This document shows positions 11,901 through 26,700 of a stretch of DNA of 64,000 bases, one piece after another. The notes under the pieces were generated by a model. That model did no database searches. It saw only the letters and a list, made by a program, of their open reading frames with translations, and was not told the DNA's origin. Source of the DNA: Phoronis australis. Taxonomy: Eukaryota; Animalia; Phoronida. Both the position numbers and the translations under genes were made by a program. Location: NCBI GenBank assembly GCA_002633005.1, contig NMRA01000180.1, positions 557,955-621,954 on the forward strand, in the 5' to 3' direction. How positions within the stretch are numbered: the stretch's first letter is position 1; each line of letters starts with the position of its first letter.

Positions 11901-14775
11901 GTATAGCATGCATAATCACTGGTAGATCTATGATGTCATGGGCAAGGGCGACTACAAACTGAGAAGGACAGACAGTCACAATAGTTCTAAAACTGAGAGG
12001 CAGTCACAGGTTAGTCATGCTGAGATGGACTCTGCCCTCTTGTAAATCTCCCTTTCTCGAGCTTTGTAAGTGCTGAGATTTGGTAACACACTTTTTTCTA
12101 TTGTCCAGTGTTCTTGCTCTGTTTTCAATTAGTTCTGGTACATCTACCAACGTACTGCACTGTTGTGTGTTGTGCGTGGGGAAACATTGCAGTTCAAGCA
12201 GAAAGTAAGTGGCAGTGTGTCAGAATTTATTTCATAATAATGCACATGACAATGAATGTTATCTGTAGATAACAAGGTTAATAAAGCATGTGGTAATCAA
12301 TAGGATTTGTTGGTTTTACACAGGGTGGGGGGGTACTCTAGTATATTGGAAAAACGGAACCTTTGGTATTGTAGAGTTTCATAGTATTTATAGCAAAAAC
12401 TTTTGTTTGTTATAAAATACCAAATGCGGCAACACTGAGTTTGAGTAGCGTTTTAAACTGCGCAGTGATCTTTTTGAAGTATGTTACTAAATACAGATTA
12501 TTGGCAAAATGAGGACAAATGAAAAAGCCTCCCTTGAAGTTTGTGAATGGCTGTGTGGAGGCTTGTTGGTAACAAAGTTTTTGTTGCTGTTATTGCTCCT
12601 GACTTGCTCGTGAATGTGCGATAACGGTAAGTAATCCCTCTTAACTGATTTAGAAGTATTTCACGCCATCTGTCAGTCTTATATGCATTGATGATTGATT
12701 ATTGAGAGAATGTAGAGTCTGATTTTAATGGAAAATTTAGTAATTCTAGTCATTAAATTATGAATGATAGAGTAGTATTAAGGTGGGTTGTGGGTATTTT
12801 GCCGTCTCATCTGTACGTAGTTTATTGTTTTCTCAGGCCCTCAGCACATCCTCTCTTGTGGTTTAAAGTCTAAGACAGTTTCAGGATTTGTTTATGTTAA
12901 ACCAGTGCGAAAAAACTCTGGGAATAACATCTTACAGTTAATCAGGACAAAGGAGAACCTTATGACCCTTGAGTCATGTTAACGTCACAAATATCTAAAT
13001 AGGTTCATTGCATGTTGAATGCATCTCTGTCCATATGTTATGAGATATCGTCACCTGAGGAAGGAACCTAATGTTATGAGTGGAATAACTAGTGAGTCGT
13101 TGATATTTTCCGATAAAACTGCCTTTTTGATTGACCCAATTATGCAGGTCAGCTAGATTATGCAGAGTATTCAGCAGGGATGTTGGTTTTTAATTTCATT
13201 TTATGTATTTATGGGTGAGTAATTTGATTTTATAAAGTAAGCTTGCTATGTGGTGTGATGTATGATATGTTTTGTTTGTAATTATTCTTATTAACTTTGT
13301 GAATCCCACAGTCCAGTGACCAGTGTTCAAATTTGTCCATTTCAGTTGGAGTTCATTACACTACAGATTTTTGAAGGAGATGTGTGAGATCCAGTCAATT
13401 TTGTGACATTCAAAAATTTTTCTAAGGTTCTATTACTGACTCACCTCTGCATGCTCGTTGCTTTCATTTAACTTTCCATGTAAAGTTAAGGTTTCCCTAG
13501 CAGAAGATTTGGATGATAATCTGTAGTTCAACAAGTGTCCAGATTTATCAACACCTTCCTGCTGCAGTTGCTATCTCAGTCATTTTCCTGGCAGAAAAGA
13601 CAATTAGATGGGGTCAGCTTTTATCAGTTATAAGCCATATTGGTTTGATAGGTTTAAATCATGAAGCCCCTTGCAACTTCCTTCTGCATGTGTTGGGTGA
13701 AAGTGCAGTTTGAAATTGCGGGAATTGTTGAATTAGAGAATGATGCTCCTTGAAACCTAGGGATGAATGGATTTTCAGGTATTTTTTTCTCCAAGTCAGT
13801 GTACTATGCGAATTTATTTCTTCAAGCACCTGGACATGAAACACCTGCTTTTATGTCAACATTTGGAAATGGAAAAATATCTTGTGACTTCCGTGTGCTT
13901 ATTTGAGTTAAAAAATTATAGAATTTCTCTTGAAATGGAAAGTGCTTGATTTAAGAGACAGAAAGTACTGCTGTCAGCATTTTGCTCAGAAGAATCTGCT
14001 AAAAGTGAACGTGGTGAATAAAGTGTGTGTTGTGCATCCTAACACCATCAAATTGTCCCTTGGAGTTGAGCATAATCTGGGTACCAGTATTTGTGGATTT
14101 CAGTCGTAAGGCAAGTTGTGATATTCAAACTAGACAATTCTTGGCTGTATGACTGAGGTCCTTACACGCGCAGATAACATTCACCTTCGAGGGCAAATTT
14201 TAGGCTAAAAAAATGATTAGGTGTTCTGAATGGATTGTAATTTGCATCTAGTATGCATGTGAGTGTGCATGTGTATGTGTGTGCACCTGCATGTGGTGTG
14301 TGTGCAGAGGGTGCAGTTTGTCTGTTTGACTTACAAGGTTAATGGTCACTTGAGAATGTTCACAACCTCCTTCACCTAATCAGCATGCAGTTTCAGTTGT
14401 TTTCGTATCAACAGAAAACAGTCACATACTCAACTCCGTCTTCCTTTCGCTTTCAGAGCGTGTAGCTGGCACATCACAATGTGATTGATCGCAAGTTACT
14501 GTGCCTCAAAAATCGTTGCGCTGCCGATATACATTGTGTCAAAATCTGTTTTTACCTGGTGTTGTTCATCTCATTTTGCACTGTGTTACTTAGTTTGCAG
14601 ATGGAGTCGGTGGTCAGTGCCTTTATAGGCCACATATAATTCTGACTCATCTTCAAATTTTCTTTTTGTAGACAGTGAAAGTTTCAGCAGTCACAGTCCG
14701 TTGTTGATGTCTATTCTGTGACAGTCTGATGGTCTTTGCTACGGTCGACTGGACCCGTCTTTAGGCAGCCACAAC

Positions 14776-17700
14776 ATGTCATTCACAAATCTGCTGAGGA
14801 AGGCTGGACATTTGATTGGCCTTGGTACAAGTCCCAGCCCTACGTTATTGCCCCCTGCTCTTGATGGTGAGATTGTCTATTGTAAGAACAATGTCTGCGT
14901 CTATCCACCGTCAGCGCGGGGCCTGAACACTCACGCAGTGCCAGGATATTTAACTGTGCGTTCCCAAGATGATGAAGTAAGTGATCACTCAGTGTGCAGT
15001 GCATCAATGAAACTGATTTTGCGCCTGTGTCGCGGGAATGCTCCTAAAATTGTCCCTGTGTGTGGAGTTTGCATCGTGTCCAGTTTTGTTGTAACATGGG
15101 TCCAAAGCTAATTTTGATGGTATTCATAAAACTTGACCTGTGTTCCGTATGACTAGTTTCTCACAAGTTTCATGGCGTTCTTCAAGTCTTTGACAGACAT
15201 TGTCATAAATTTTAATCAAAACACAGGATACTAGAATTCGCTTGTGATTGGTTCATGCTACAGAGCAAGCCCCTGCACAAACAAAATCATGACAAAAAAT
15301 TGGCGTCGAACATTTTTACCCTTATATTGTACACGATGTATATAATTTACCCAGAAGGCAGTTGAAACTGAATAGATTACAGACTGCATTCATTGGTTCT
15401 AGATCAAGCATTGTTCTTTACTACAACATGCAGGTGCAAATGAGAGTCCTGTTTTCTGGATGGTCCCCAGTTTTACAGGGTGTCCCAGAAATGCACTCTA
15501 ACTTAGTGCCATTACTGTAGAATAATGTAACTGCCTTCATGGGGATGAAGTTCTTGATAAGATACCTGCCTTATCTTGTAAACTTGTTACATAAGCTAAT
15601 TAATGGCTTGCCGACAGTGAGGAGCGAATCGCTGACTTCAGAAACAATGTGCAAAACAAAAGAGGTGCTCACGAGGGCTTAATCTGAAGGGTAGGGTTAA
15701 CTTAGGCAAAATAGCATAGTTGGTGGTTGGTCTTTACCCTACTCATTTTCAGAGCCGCGCCTCATCAATTTCATCCAAAGACTCGTGCTTTTTGAAAAGT
15801 TGCTTAAAAGCATGTAATTAGGGGTAAGCTAGGTTTGAAGTGCAGTGATTTGTCAGATGAGTAAAAATTGAATTGGCATCATTTTTAGTCGTTTTGTGAT
15901 GTTTTTTTTTTAACAAAATGAGGTACTAAAATATGACACCACCAACTCAGTTTTCAAAAAAACGGAGCAGGATCAGTCATGCTTTCTTGGCCTTATCTCT
16001 CTGACCGTAATACGTAAACCAAGATGAAAAAAATCGGCCACAGCTAGAAGTTTTATGATGTGTTGTTTCAGTGCACTAACAATGAGATATGCTACTGCGC
16101 TGAACTCTGAACTTGTTGCATCAGTATATGAAAAAATGCTCATTATGGGTGGATTTTTTGTTGAAAAGGGGTTCTTCAATGATTTTCCATCTTAGTTATG
16201 AACCTGACAGTAGCGTTCAATGTGAAGTGGTTGATCTGTTGTTTATAGCCAATGATGGAAGACAGGTTTGATCTTAGAAATATTGTGGTTTGCAAGTCGT
16301 GGTGCATTTGGAAGTATTATTCACGAAAGTCACGTATCAACATTCCTGTAAAGACCCTAACCATCTTGCTATCAAAATAGATTGTGAGTAGGTCTTTCAT
16401 GAGGATTTGTTGGCAATGTTACTGATCCTGCTACATAGTGCAGTAATCCATCGGCTTGCTGCTAAGGAAAATCTTTCAGAGTTCGAGTCTTTTTGTAAGT
16501 GCAGTAATCCATCGGCTTGCTGCTAAGAAAAATCTTTCAGAGTTTGAGTCTTTTTGTAGCATGAATTAAACATATTTTTTGATGTCCAACCTTGAAGTTC
16601 ACCAAACATGAATTAGCAGATGCTGCTCATTTTGAAGACCGGTCTTTCCAATGAAGTGTTTGTCATAAAAATGCTGGCTGGTCTCCCATTGATTGAAAGC
16701 CCACGCATACTGTCTTTAATTGCAAAACATGTGTCTGTTTATATCTTTATGTGGGTTTAAAGAGGCATCTTGTTCAATTAACCAGACATATAACAGCAAT
16801 TTTGTTTCTTTGAGTGGTATGTTTTTTTCTCACGAAGTTGTTGTTAAGGTCCCCTTCCCTCTCAGTGGCAGGTGGTCTGAATGCATACCAAGTCACTAAT
16901 CTGACTGTTGGCTTTAATTGTTTGTATACGGAACTTCCAAGTTATATATTGGCATCTGCTGAAGCACCATTTTGTTTTATCAGCTTCAATAATACAGCTC
17001 ACTCCTTGCCCAAACCCAAGCAGTGACATTTAACTTTCATGCATGTCTGCTTTCAAGAAGGAAGTTATTTTTTAATACAAGTTAAAGGTCTTGAAAGGTT
17101 ATAAGAAAGAAAGCCAAAGCCTTACATCAATTGGTGCAAGCCTAGGCTCAATAGACAACTGGCACACCACAGGTTGTCATTTTTAGTCTTGTCTATTGTT
17201 ACTCCTCTGTAACTGGCTGTGTCTGTGTATCATTACCTGTTGTTGGGCCTAGCGATGTGGCCACGATTTTCTCTTCTGAGGATGGTCTTTTAATAAACGC
17301 CGAAACTTGTCAAGCCAGTTTAAATCCATTGCTGTCTTTATTATTGTATCAGTTGTCTGTTGAGTAGTGTATTATTTGTAAAAATCTACATCTTGTCTTG
17401 GTTAGAACCAGGTATTTAAATTGGGAAACAAAAAGCAGAGCTGGGCATAAAGCCCAATGCAACAGAATTCGGAGGTTTGAAACTGAAATTGTTGAAAATT
17501 CAATGGTCTAGATATTGAACTATATCTGAGTGTTAACCAGGACATGTACTAAAACTCCATTGATCAAACCATAGGTTATAGATAACAGATTCGCAACTCT
17601 GACATTTTCTTGCGTACTATTCTAGAGGAGGCACCGCTCTCCTAAATTACCAATTTCGGTTTCCGGTCAGTGTATTCTTGCATCTATTTTAATTACTGTT

Positions 17701-20700
17701 CAGTACAAAAAAAGAATAATTTTGGCATTGAAACACTGTTCAAAGTCGTCCAATAATAGAACTGTTGGTATGGTTAGTACTTTTGGCACCCGACCACACA
17801 ACAGCTGACCATGATTAGCAGACGACGCACTTGGCAGAAGTAAAACTTGCTAATTTTGCCAGGTGTCTCTAGTGAATAGTGTCGTCACAGCTTGTGCGTA
17901 AGATCACAGATTTTGTCCATTGAAAATATTTGTAGTTGGCGGTCCATGTCAATGATCAAACCCAGTGTCCGTAGGGGAAGGTTTTTTGAGCTTCCTCAGT
18001 CAGTAATGCATTATGGTCAACGTGTTTCTGTTGTAACCACAGTAGATCTGGCGGCATAATTCAATCTCTGACTCATCTACTGGATATATATAGGTCCGCC
18101 TCACAGTGTTTTGTGTGCACTGATCCGATTTATCTATTGCAGCCACTAGATTTAGCAGAATTTGATGGCATGGTAATATTATTGAATGTGTGTCTCACCA
18201 GCCTGGCTGTTTTCCTTAGTTGATGATGTTGATGTATCACTTTGTTCCTTTTAGTTTGTTGGCTCAACTCTCGTCTTGACGTGGGTTCCCAATGAACATC
18301 TGAAGGGGAATCCCCGAAGTGTCGAAAACACGCCAAAGAGTTCAGTTCAGGTGACGCCGAGGAAAAAGCAGGAATTTGCAACATCGGGGACCTCTACTGG
18401 TCAAACTTCCGGCCGGAACGAAACTGAGTCGGTGGCTACGGGATCAGTCCAGGACAATCATGCTTCTGGGGAATTTAGTCAATCATTTGGTAAAAGTACA
18501 TTTTATGTCAATGATATGTTAAACGTTGACTCAAAAGAGAATCTTGCTTATGGAAATGATAAGACGCTTGACATAGGCGATGGTCAAGCTGGTGGCGATA
18601 GTGTTAGGAATGATTCAAAACGTTTGGCTAGTGAGACAATTAGTGTTGAAATGGAAGGAGACAATTTAGTCATCACCACAGAAGAATTTGTGTCTGAGAA
18701 TGGGATTTCCTCGGAGGTGGCAACGCCCACTAGCGAGCAATTAACAGATGCCGATAGCCTGAGTCTAGATTCGCCGTTCGAAACCCCACATAAAAACTTA
18801 CCTGAAGATAGTGCAGATAATTTGCATGATACTTCTGGTGAACAAACAGCTGATGGTCCTTTAAAGAATGGTGCTAACATAAGGCAATCGACAGATCTGA
18901 AACTAAATCTTGTCCGTGTACAGCCAACTGATAACCAACCGAAAATCGAAATAACCAGATCATCTCGCGAATCACTGTCGTCTGGGTCCACGTCGGGACC
19001 GGATTCTCTGCCATCGTCTCCAATTATGTCACCTCAAACGCCCATCTCCTCGGCTAGCACACCCGGGGATCTGAGTGAGCGCACTGCCATCATGAGGGGA
19101 AACCCTGAAGCTGTGGCCATGAAGCACAATTTGATGTTTCCAGACGAGGCATTTCAGGAGCCAGGCTCCAGGAAGAGTAGATCAAAGATGAACTGTGGTG
19201 TGTTCTCTGTCGATCTGAGTGAGTAACAAAATGAAAGTCAATATTTTTATAAAAAGTTGTATAGGAAACTGACCATATATTACACTCAGACACATATACG
19301 TCACTTTTTTTGTTATTCGGTTGGTGAATTTTACTGAATCTTGTCATATAGTATGGTAAAATGTCATTAATGTCAGACTAAAATTGTTGCCAAAATAACT
19401 TAATTTTTTCCAAGTACTTCTGACATTATTGTGAATGGTCTCATTATTTCGAATATCTAATGACAGCTATAGTATTGAACATGGAAATGAATTAATTTGG
19501 TGCAACATTTCCTTATGGAAAAAAACGATGAAAGAAATTTCCCTTGTCGGTCACATTGTGTCCTAAATTAATGACATTTTAACATAACTTTGGTTCTCAT
19601 CATAATCTCTTGAGAAGCCCTTCGGTTGGTCCATATTGTGAGAGCAACAGCACTTGTGAAATGAGCTTGGCATTTCAGACGCTAACCATGTCGGATATCC
19701 GATGCATTTTTCGCATTACTAACATTTAAGAGAAAGATATTAAGAACAACATATTACAAAAAAACACAACGTGACCAAAAAAAGATAGCAGATAGATGAA
19801 GATGTATTGGTGACGTGTATGGTGGCAGACATTATGATACAGTGTAGTTGTCCGAAAGGTCAGCAATTCTTAATGGTCTCAAATGGTGAGATTGTCAACT
19901 ATTGGAAGTGAATCTAGTAGTTTTAATTATCAAATAAGAAATATTCGTGTACAAAAATGTCTGTGGATAGCTCTGTAGTACTTGTTAAAAAGATTTACTT
20001 TATTTTATTAAAGGACTACCTAATGAGGACAACAAGTGAAATTTATGTTTCTTATTTTGTCATAAGATACATAAAGGAAAATGACTAGCACCAGTTTGAT
20101 GCAGCTTTACCATGTTCTAAACTAATATGGCTACCATCGATCAGACAATATTTTGAAAAAAAAAGACTGATTTTGTAATTTTTGTTTATAAATTTGGAGA
20201 AATTTTACTGTATATAGTTAATATTTAGAACATGAAGAACCTGGGTGCCCCTATGTTAAGCATTTTCATCTTAGCAATGATGTTCCGGCTTACCTGCATG
20301 CCGTGATTATGGTCTACCAGCAGCGGATCTAATTTCCTGATGGTGTCTGAAGTATATTGATTTTATTTAATATGCACTTGCTGAGCTTATCGATAGATGT
20401 AACCAATTCTCATAATGATGTTCATGCCTTGGTTTACTGCATTTATTCTCAGCATTTAATGAGCATACTAAATTGAACATCATTACTCCTGTTGAGTCTT
20501 GTATGAGGAGTATGGCCTTCTTAGTGGGGTCATCTCTGGCTTGTTGTCAAAATCTCCTTTGCTTTGTAAGCCAATGCTTGTGTTCGTCTCACCAAATCTC
20601 ACCTGTGGGTGTAAATGGCGGCTCTCTCTCCCTCAGCCAACTGTCCTTTCCTTATTTGGGTGCTGTACTTTTTGGAAAGATTTGACCTAGGCTAATTAGT

Positions 20701-23700
20701 TTCATGTTTTCTTTGTTGGAAGTTCACCTGAGGTTTCTAAGTCACCATTCACCGCGTAGCCCAGGGACCCGATCCATGAAACTGACTTAATAAGTTCATT
20801 TGTCTCAACTTCTAAACTTTTGCTACTTCCACATCTGGTAAGGTAGTCAAAATTAAGACAAAATTTAACTAAAAAACTTTAATCAAAGTTGAGATCACTT
20901 TCTTGAAACGGACTTGGGTTTTGTCTTTGACTGAAATTTAAGATTTGTCAAAGCTAAGTCAGTTTTCATGGAACGGGCCCTGTTATTACAGTTTATAAGT
21001 TAGTCCAACTGACACATTTTTATCGTTACGTGTTTTAAATGCCAGAACTGTATTTCGCTAATTTTGCTTTAAAATTTCTCTAGTTTGTGATGTATTGTTT
21101 TCACATTAAAACCAGAGAAGGAAAACGTTTCGGTGATGTCATTCAAAGAGTTACAGCTGGTGCATGGTTGAATAATTTAATTTCTTAACACTAATTCAAG
21201 TGTTGCTAATATCGTCTTGAAAGTAGTACCATCAAAGTTCACCGATTTAGTGCACAACATGATGAACTGGTGAAATTTTACCTTCTGCTGTTTCAATAGA
21301 CGACAGGTTACCACCAAATCAATGCTTTAACACTTAAAGTTGTATTCAACAGTTTAGCAGCTGATAAGGGTTTGGGTATTCACAAAAGTTCAACGCCATT
21401 GAAAAAAAATACAAGAAACCTTTTTTGCCTGAACTTGGTGGGTTGTAACGGTAGTCAATGCAACCACGCCTGTTTTATCTTCCTCAGGTCAGATGCGGTC
21501 ACTGCGACTGTTCTACTCGGACGAGGATTGCACCAGTGGTCAGTTTGTGATAGCCAGCTGTGAGAGTCAGTATAAGATACTGCACTTTCACCATGGTGGA
21601 CTGGACAAGCTGGCTGGTTTGTTGGGGCAGTGGGACTTGTTCAAAACTGCCACTGATAAGGTAAAATGAATTAAAGGAAATACGTTCAAATGGCTCTAGG
21701 TGCTCAGTTTTGCCTGCTACACTTCTGTTGATGTTTATTGGCGTTATATGTGATATCTTAAGTGAGACACCTGTTGGCCAAAAAAAGTTTGGTCTGGCTT
21801 TTTAGTTGAATTTTTTCACAACTTTCTCCAAGACGATGACGAAGCTAGATGTCTTTTAAGTACATTTAACCTCTGGTCACTGTATACAACCAGCTTGTTT
21901 GTCGCGAAGAGAAAACCATTTCTCATAACTGTAATCGAACAAACAATTTCATGAATAGACATCTCCTGCCTTAACCGTTACACTACTGAACACTTAATAT
22001 GTACGAAAAAAATGACTGAAATTCTGGATACGCGTAACTCACAAAAACGTGTATGGCTACTTTCTAGAACAAGGAGGAGTCCAATTGCAAGTACTTTTCC
22101 GTCATTCGTCCAGAAATCACAAATGAGGACTGTCACCCTGAAGAGGGCATCTACGACCAACTGTCTGAGGAAGTGTGGAGACGACACATGAACGAGAAAG
22201 GGATTATCAATGACAGCTTCCAGCTGAAAAAGGTGAGCTATGGGAACACTATAAAATCTGCTAAAAGTATTGGTTGTCGTCATGGTTATTGTTCAGTCAT
22301 GCAGTTGAAGCTTATTTTTACACGTGATTAACATTTATAGAGCCTCTAGATGACCACACGGCAGATTATTATCGCTGTTTCGGTTAACGTTAACTTCCTG
22401 CTTAGTGCCCTGCTGTGGATTTCCAAACCTTTCTCTTTTGAGCGTCCTTGTTTTTGTCCACCCTCTGATTTTTTAGCTTAAATGGCGCGGGCGTTGATAA
22501 AATCTAATGGGAATGTTTCACTAATGTAATACGACAGCAGCGTGGAAAGTGTTTATATAAATTTTTGCATGTCTTGAAATTCAAATACAATAAAAGCTTG
22601 CTAGAGAACTGCCCAAAATACTGTAAATGTTAGGAAGTGGCTGATAATGTGCGTGTCATTGCAGGCCATATTTTTCGGTGGTTTACGACCTGAGCTTCGG
22701 TGTGAGGTGTGGCCATTCCTGCTGCGGTACTACCCGTTTGAGTCAACGTTTGAGGACCGCGAGCGAATCCGTAATGACAAGTACATTGAGTACCAGAATG
22801 TGAGAAAGTTACGGTAAGTAGGGCAATTTTAAGTCTTGCTTGTCACATTTTCTTTTTTGAAAAACGAAAACAGTTGCAATAAAAGTCATATACAAAATTT
22901 TTTTTTAATTAACTTGAAATGTCATAATCTGATGAATATTAGTTTTCAGAATCTCTTCTCATCAAAAAATCAGCAAAATTAAAAGAAACTGAATTTGGGG
23001 ATAATTAATAGTTGTTTTTGGACGTTTTTCTTTAATTTCGGCTAGCAGCATAATTTCAGCAAAGCTTGTTACAAAACTTCAGCTTGACTTGTCAATTTTT
23101 TAGACTGTCAACTTACAACAGAAAATCATATGCATCTTTTGTCAGTGCATCTGGAACTGGGAAACACAAAGCTGTTAAAACATTTACTTGGTAATATTTT
23201 TGCATGTTTAAAGGGAGAAAAGTAATTTTACAGAAATTAGCAGTAGCATGGAATTGAACCCAAATCATGAGCCAAATGCTCTATCGCTGAGTCAAACCCC
23301 AAAAGTTGAACAGCAAAGTATTTCAAGCGTATTTAACTGGTAAGGGCACCAGCCAGTGAATGTCTGGCAGATAATGGCGAGAATTAGCGACTTATTTGGA
23401 AATCTGTTTTTTGGTTTTTAGCTCTGATCAAAGCTAATGAGTTCAACTATTATTAAATTTCTTGGTCTATTTACACCGACCTCTAGTCTATATACACTGT
23501 CACGACGTTTCGGTCGGTCTCTTCTCCGGCCATCGTGCTCATTCTTCTAAGAACGCAGGAACACCTGACAATGGCCGGAGAAGAGACTGACCGAAACGTC
23601 GTGACAGTGTATATAGACTTGAGGTCGGTGTAAATAGATTAAGAGATTTTAATAATAGTTGTAATACGCCACCACCTCAGAGCGGTTTTAGGAAGTCATT

Positions 23701-26700
23701 AATGATTTCAAGAAGTATACCCCACTCAACAGCAACCCTTTTGTTTTTTGGCTGCAAAAATGATAATGTCTATGTAACATATTCATCCTATGCATGGTTT
23801 TTTGTTCACCTGTTGTTTTTGACGACCTAACTATGGTTTGCTACAGAGAAAATATGAGTGAGGAAGAGCAAGAACTGTTCTGGCGCAATATTCAGTGTAC
23901 CGTTGAAAAGGACGTGGTGAGGACGGATCGATCCAATCCTTACTTCAGTGGAGAAGATAACCCTAATATTGAGATACTGAAGTGAGTCGGTCATTTATCT
24001 TTCTATTGATCATGCAAGTTCACATGCCACGAATGTTTTTTTTTTGACTAGTAGAACTGTGATTGCTCTTTCTGAGGCGAAACTCTTGTCGATTCCAGCA
24101 GCGACTGTGGATAAAAATGAGATTGTCACATATAAGCGTTGTTTTGTTGAACATTNCAGCAGATTATTATCGCTGTTTCAGTTAACGTTAACTTCCTGCT
24201 TAGTGCCCTGCTGTGGATTTCCAAACCTTTCTCTTTTGAGCGTCCTTGTTTTTATGCCCACCCTCTGATTTTTTAGCTTAAATGGCTCGGGCGTTGATAA
24301 AATCTAATGGGAATGCTTCACTAATGTAATACGACAGCAATGTGGAAAGTTTTTATTTATAATATAATTTTTGCATGTCTTGAAATTCAAATACAATAAA
24401 AGCTTGCTAGAGAACTGCTCAAAGTACTGTTAATGTTAGAAGATGGCTGATAATGTGCGTGTCATTGCAGGCCATATTTTTCGGTGGTTTACGACCTGAG
24501 CTTCGGTGTGAGGTGTGGCCATTCCTGCTGCGGTACTACCCGTTTGAGTCAACGTTTGAGGACCGCGAGCGAATCCGTAATGACAAGTACATAGAGTACC
24601 AGAATGTGAGAAAGTTACGGTAAGTAGGGCAATTTTAAGTCTTGCTTGTCACATTTTTTTTTTGAAAAAAGAAAACAGTTGCAAGTAAAGTCATGCACAA
24701 AATTTTTGTTTTGATTAACTTCAAATGTCATAATCTGACGAATATTAGTTTTCAGAATCTCTTCTCACCAAAAAATCAGCAAAATTAAAAGATAATGAAT
24801 TTGGGGATAATTAATAGTTATTTTTGGACGTTTTTCTTTAATTTCGGCTTGGAACATAATTTCAGCAAAGCTTGTTACCAAACTTCGACTTGACTTTTCA
24901 ATTCTTTAGACTGTCCTTGCAACAGAAAATCATATGCATCTTTTGTCGGTGCATCTGGATCTGGAAAACCCAAAGCTGTTAAAACATTTACTTGGTAGTA
25001 TTTTGGCATGTTTAAAGGGAGAAAAGTAATTTTACAGAAATTGGCAGTAGCATGGAATTGAACCCAAATCCGGAGCCAAATGCTGTATCGCTGAGTCAAA
25101 CCCCACACGTTGAACAGCAAAGTATTTCCAGTGTATTTAGATGGTAAGGGCACCAGCCAGTGAATGTCTGGTAGATAATGGCGAGAATTAGCAACTTATT
25201 TGGAAATCTGTTTTTTTTTTGGTTTTTAGCTCTGATCAAAGATAATGATTTCAACTATTATTAAATCTATTGGTCTATTTACACCGACCTCTAGTCTATA
25301 TACACTGTCACGACGTTTCGGTCGGTCTCTTCTCCGGCCATCGTGCTCATTCTTCTAAGAACGCGGGAACACCTGACGATGGCTGGAGAAGAGACCGACC
25401 GAAACGTCGTGACAGTGTATATAGACTTGAGGTCGGTGTAAATAGACTAAGAGATTTAATAATAGTTGTAATACGCCACCACCTCAGCGGTTTTAGGAAG
25501 TCATTAATGATTTCAAGAAGTATACCCCACTCAACAGCAACCCTTTTGTTTTTTGGCTGCAAAAATGATAATGTCTATGTAACATATTCATCCTATGCAT
25601 GGTTTTTTGTTCACCTGTTGTTTTTGACGACCTAACTATGGTTTGCTACAGAGAAAATATGAGTGAGGAAGAGCAAGAACTGTTCTGGCGCAATATTCAG
25701 TGTACCGTTGAAAAGGACGTGGTGAGGACGGATCGATCCAATCCTTACTTCAGTGGAGAAGATAACCCTAATATTGAGATACTGAAGTGAGTCGGTCATT
25801 TATCTTTCTATTGATCATGCAAGTTCACATGCCACGAATGTTTTTTTTTTGACTAGTAGAACTGTGATTGCTCTTTCTGAGGCGAAACTCTTGTCGATTC
25901 CAGCAGCGACTGTGGATAAAAATGAGATTGTCACATATAAGCGTTGTTTTGTTGAACATTGTTTTGACATAGTTGTGGGCACTGTGTTGGTCTGTAGATG
26001 TAAAATACTGAAATTATATTTCTGTTGATTCATAATTTTATAATGACAACTGATGCATGTATAGTTTTTTTAAAGAAATTTAACTAAACAGCAACAGATT
26101 CCAACAAATTACATTATGCTGTCAACAAGTAATTGGCTTCAGTAAATATTTCAATTGCTGCTGGCCCATTCAAATTGTTCTGTTTTAAAGTCTGGGTTTG
26201 ATTTAAAGCTGCATTTCGGCATGAAAAAAAAAATGAAAATGGAATTTTGCCTTGTGCTCTCGTAAAATCGGATTCATGATGTTTCTGGATCCCATTTTTG
26301 TTACCAACTCAAATTACAGGCAATGCACTTATACCCCATTTTCAAATTCACAATTTTAGTGTACTACAACCCCAATAAAATCTGATGTGTTTTTCTATGT
26401 TGCTGATGGTTTCGATGTTCTTGTTGGTAATGGAAATAAGAGTTCTATCACAGTAAGGAATATCATCAGACTCATTTTATGAGAGTAAAAAGTCCAATTT
26501 TACTTTCTATTTTTAGCCAGCTATATAGGGCAACTTGCAGCTTTCAAGTTGGCTTGTATTAATTCTAAGTCATCCTTTTGCTCACTAGTTTCACAAAAGG
26601 TCGATTTGTTATTAAAGTTTTGTTCTCTTTTCTGTTCGCCGAAGTTAATCCTAATTAACGCATGTTGTCTACTGCTAGTCATAGGCTCAACATACTCGCA

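Larger units (their letters stand above)
22360..25960 (+). repeat. ~1.8-kb direct duplication (22360-24155 vs 24158-25960) of two TBC1D16 exons, joined at an N
   Basis: Both copies begin GCAGATTATTATCGCTGTTTC and end GTTTTGTTGAACATT. An N sits at 24156. The two exon pairs encode identical peptides. Confidence 0.93.

Noticed and set aside
18584-18991. 135-aa antisense ORF
   Set aside because: Shadow frame of the large Ser-rich TBC1D16 exon.
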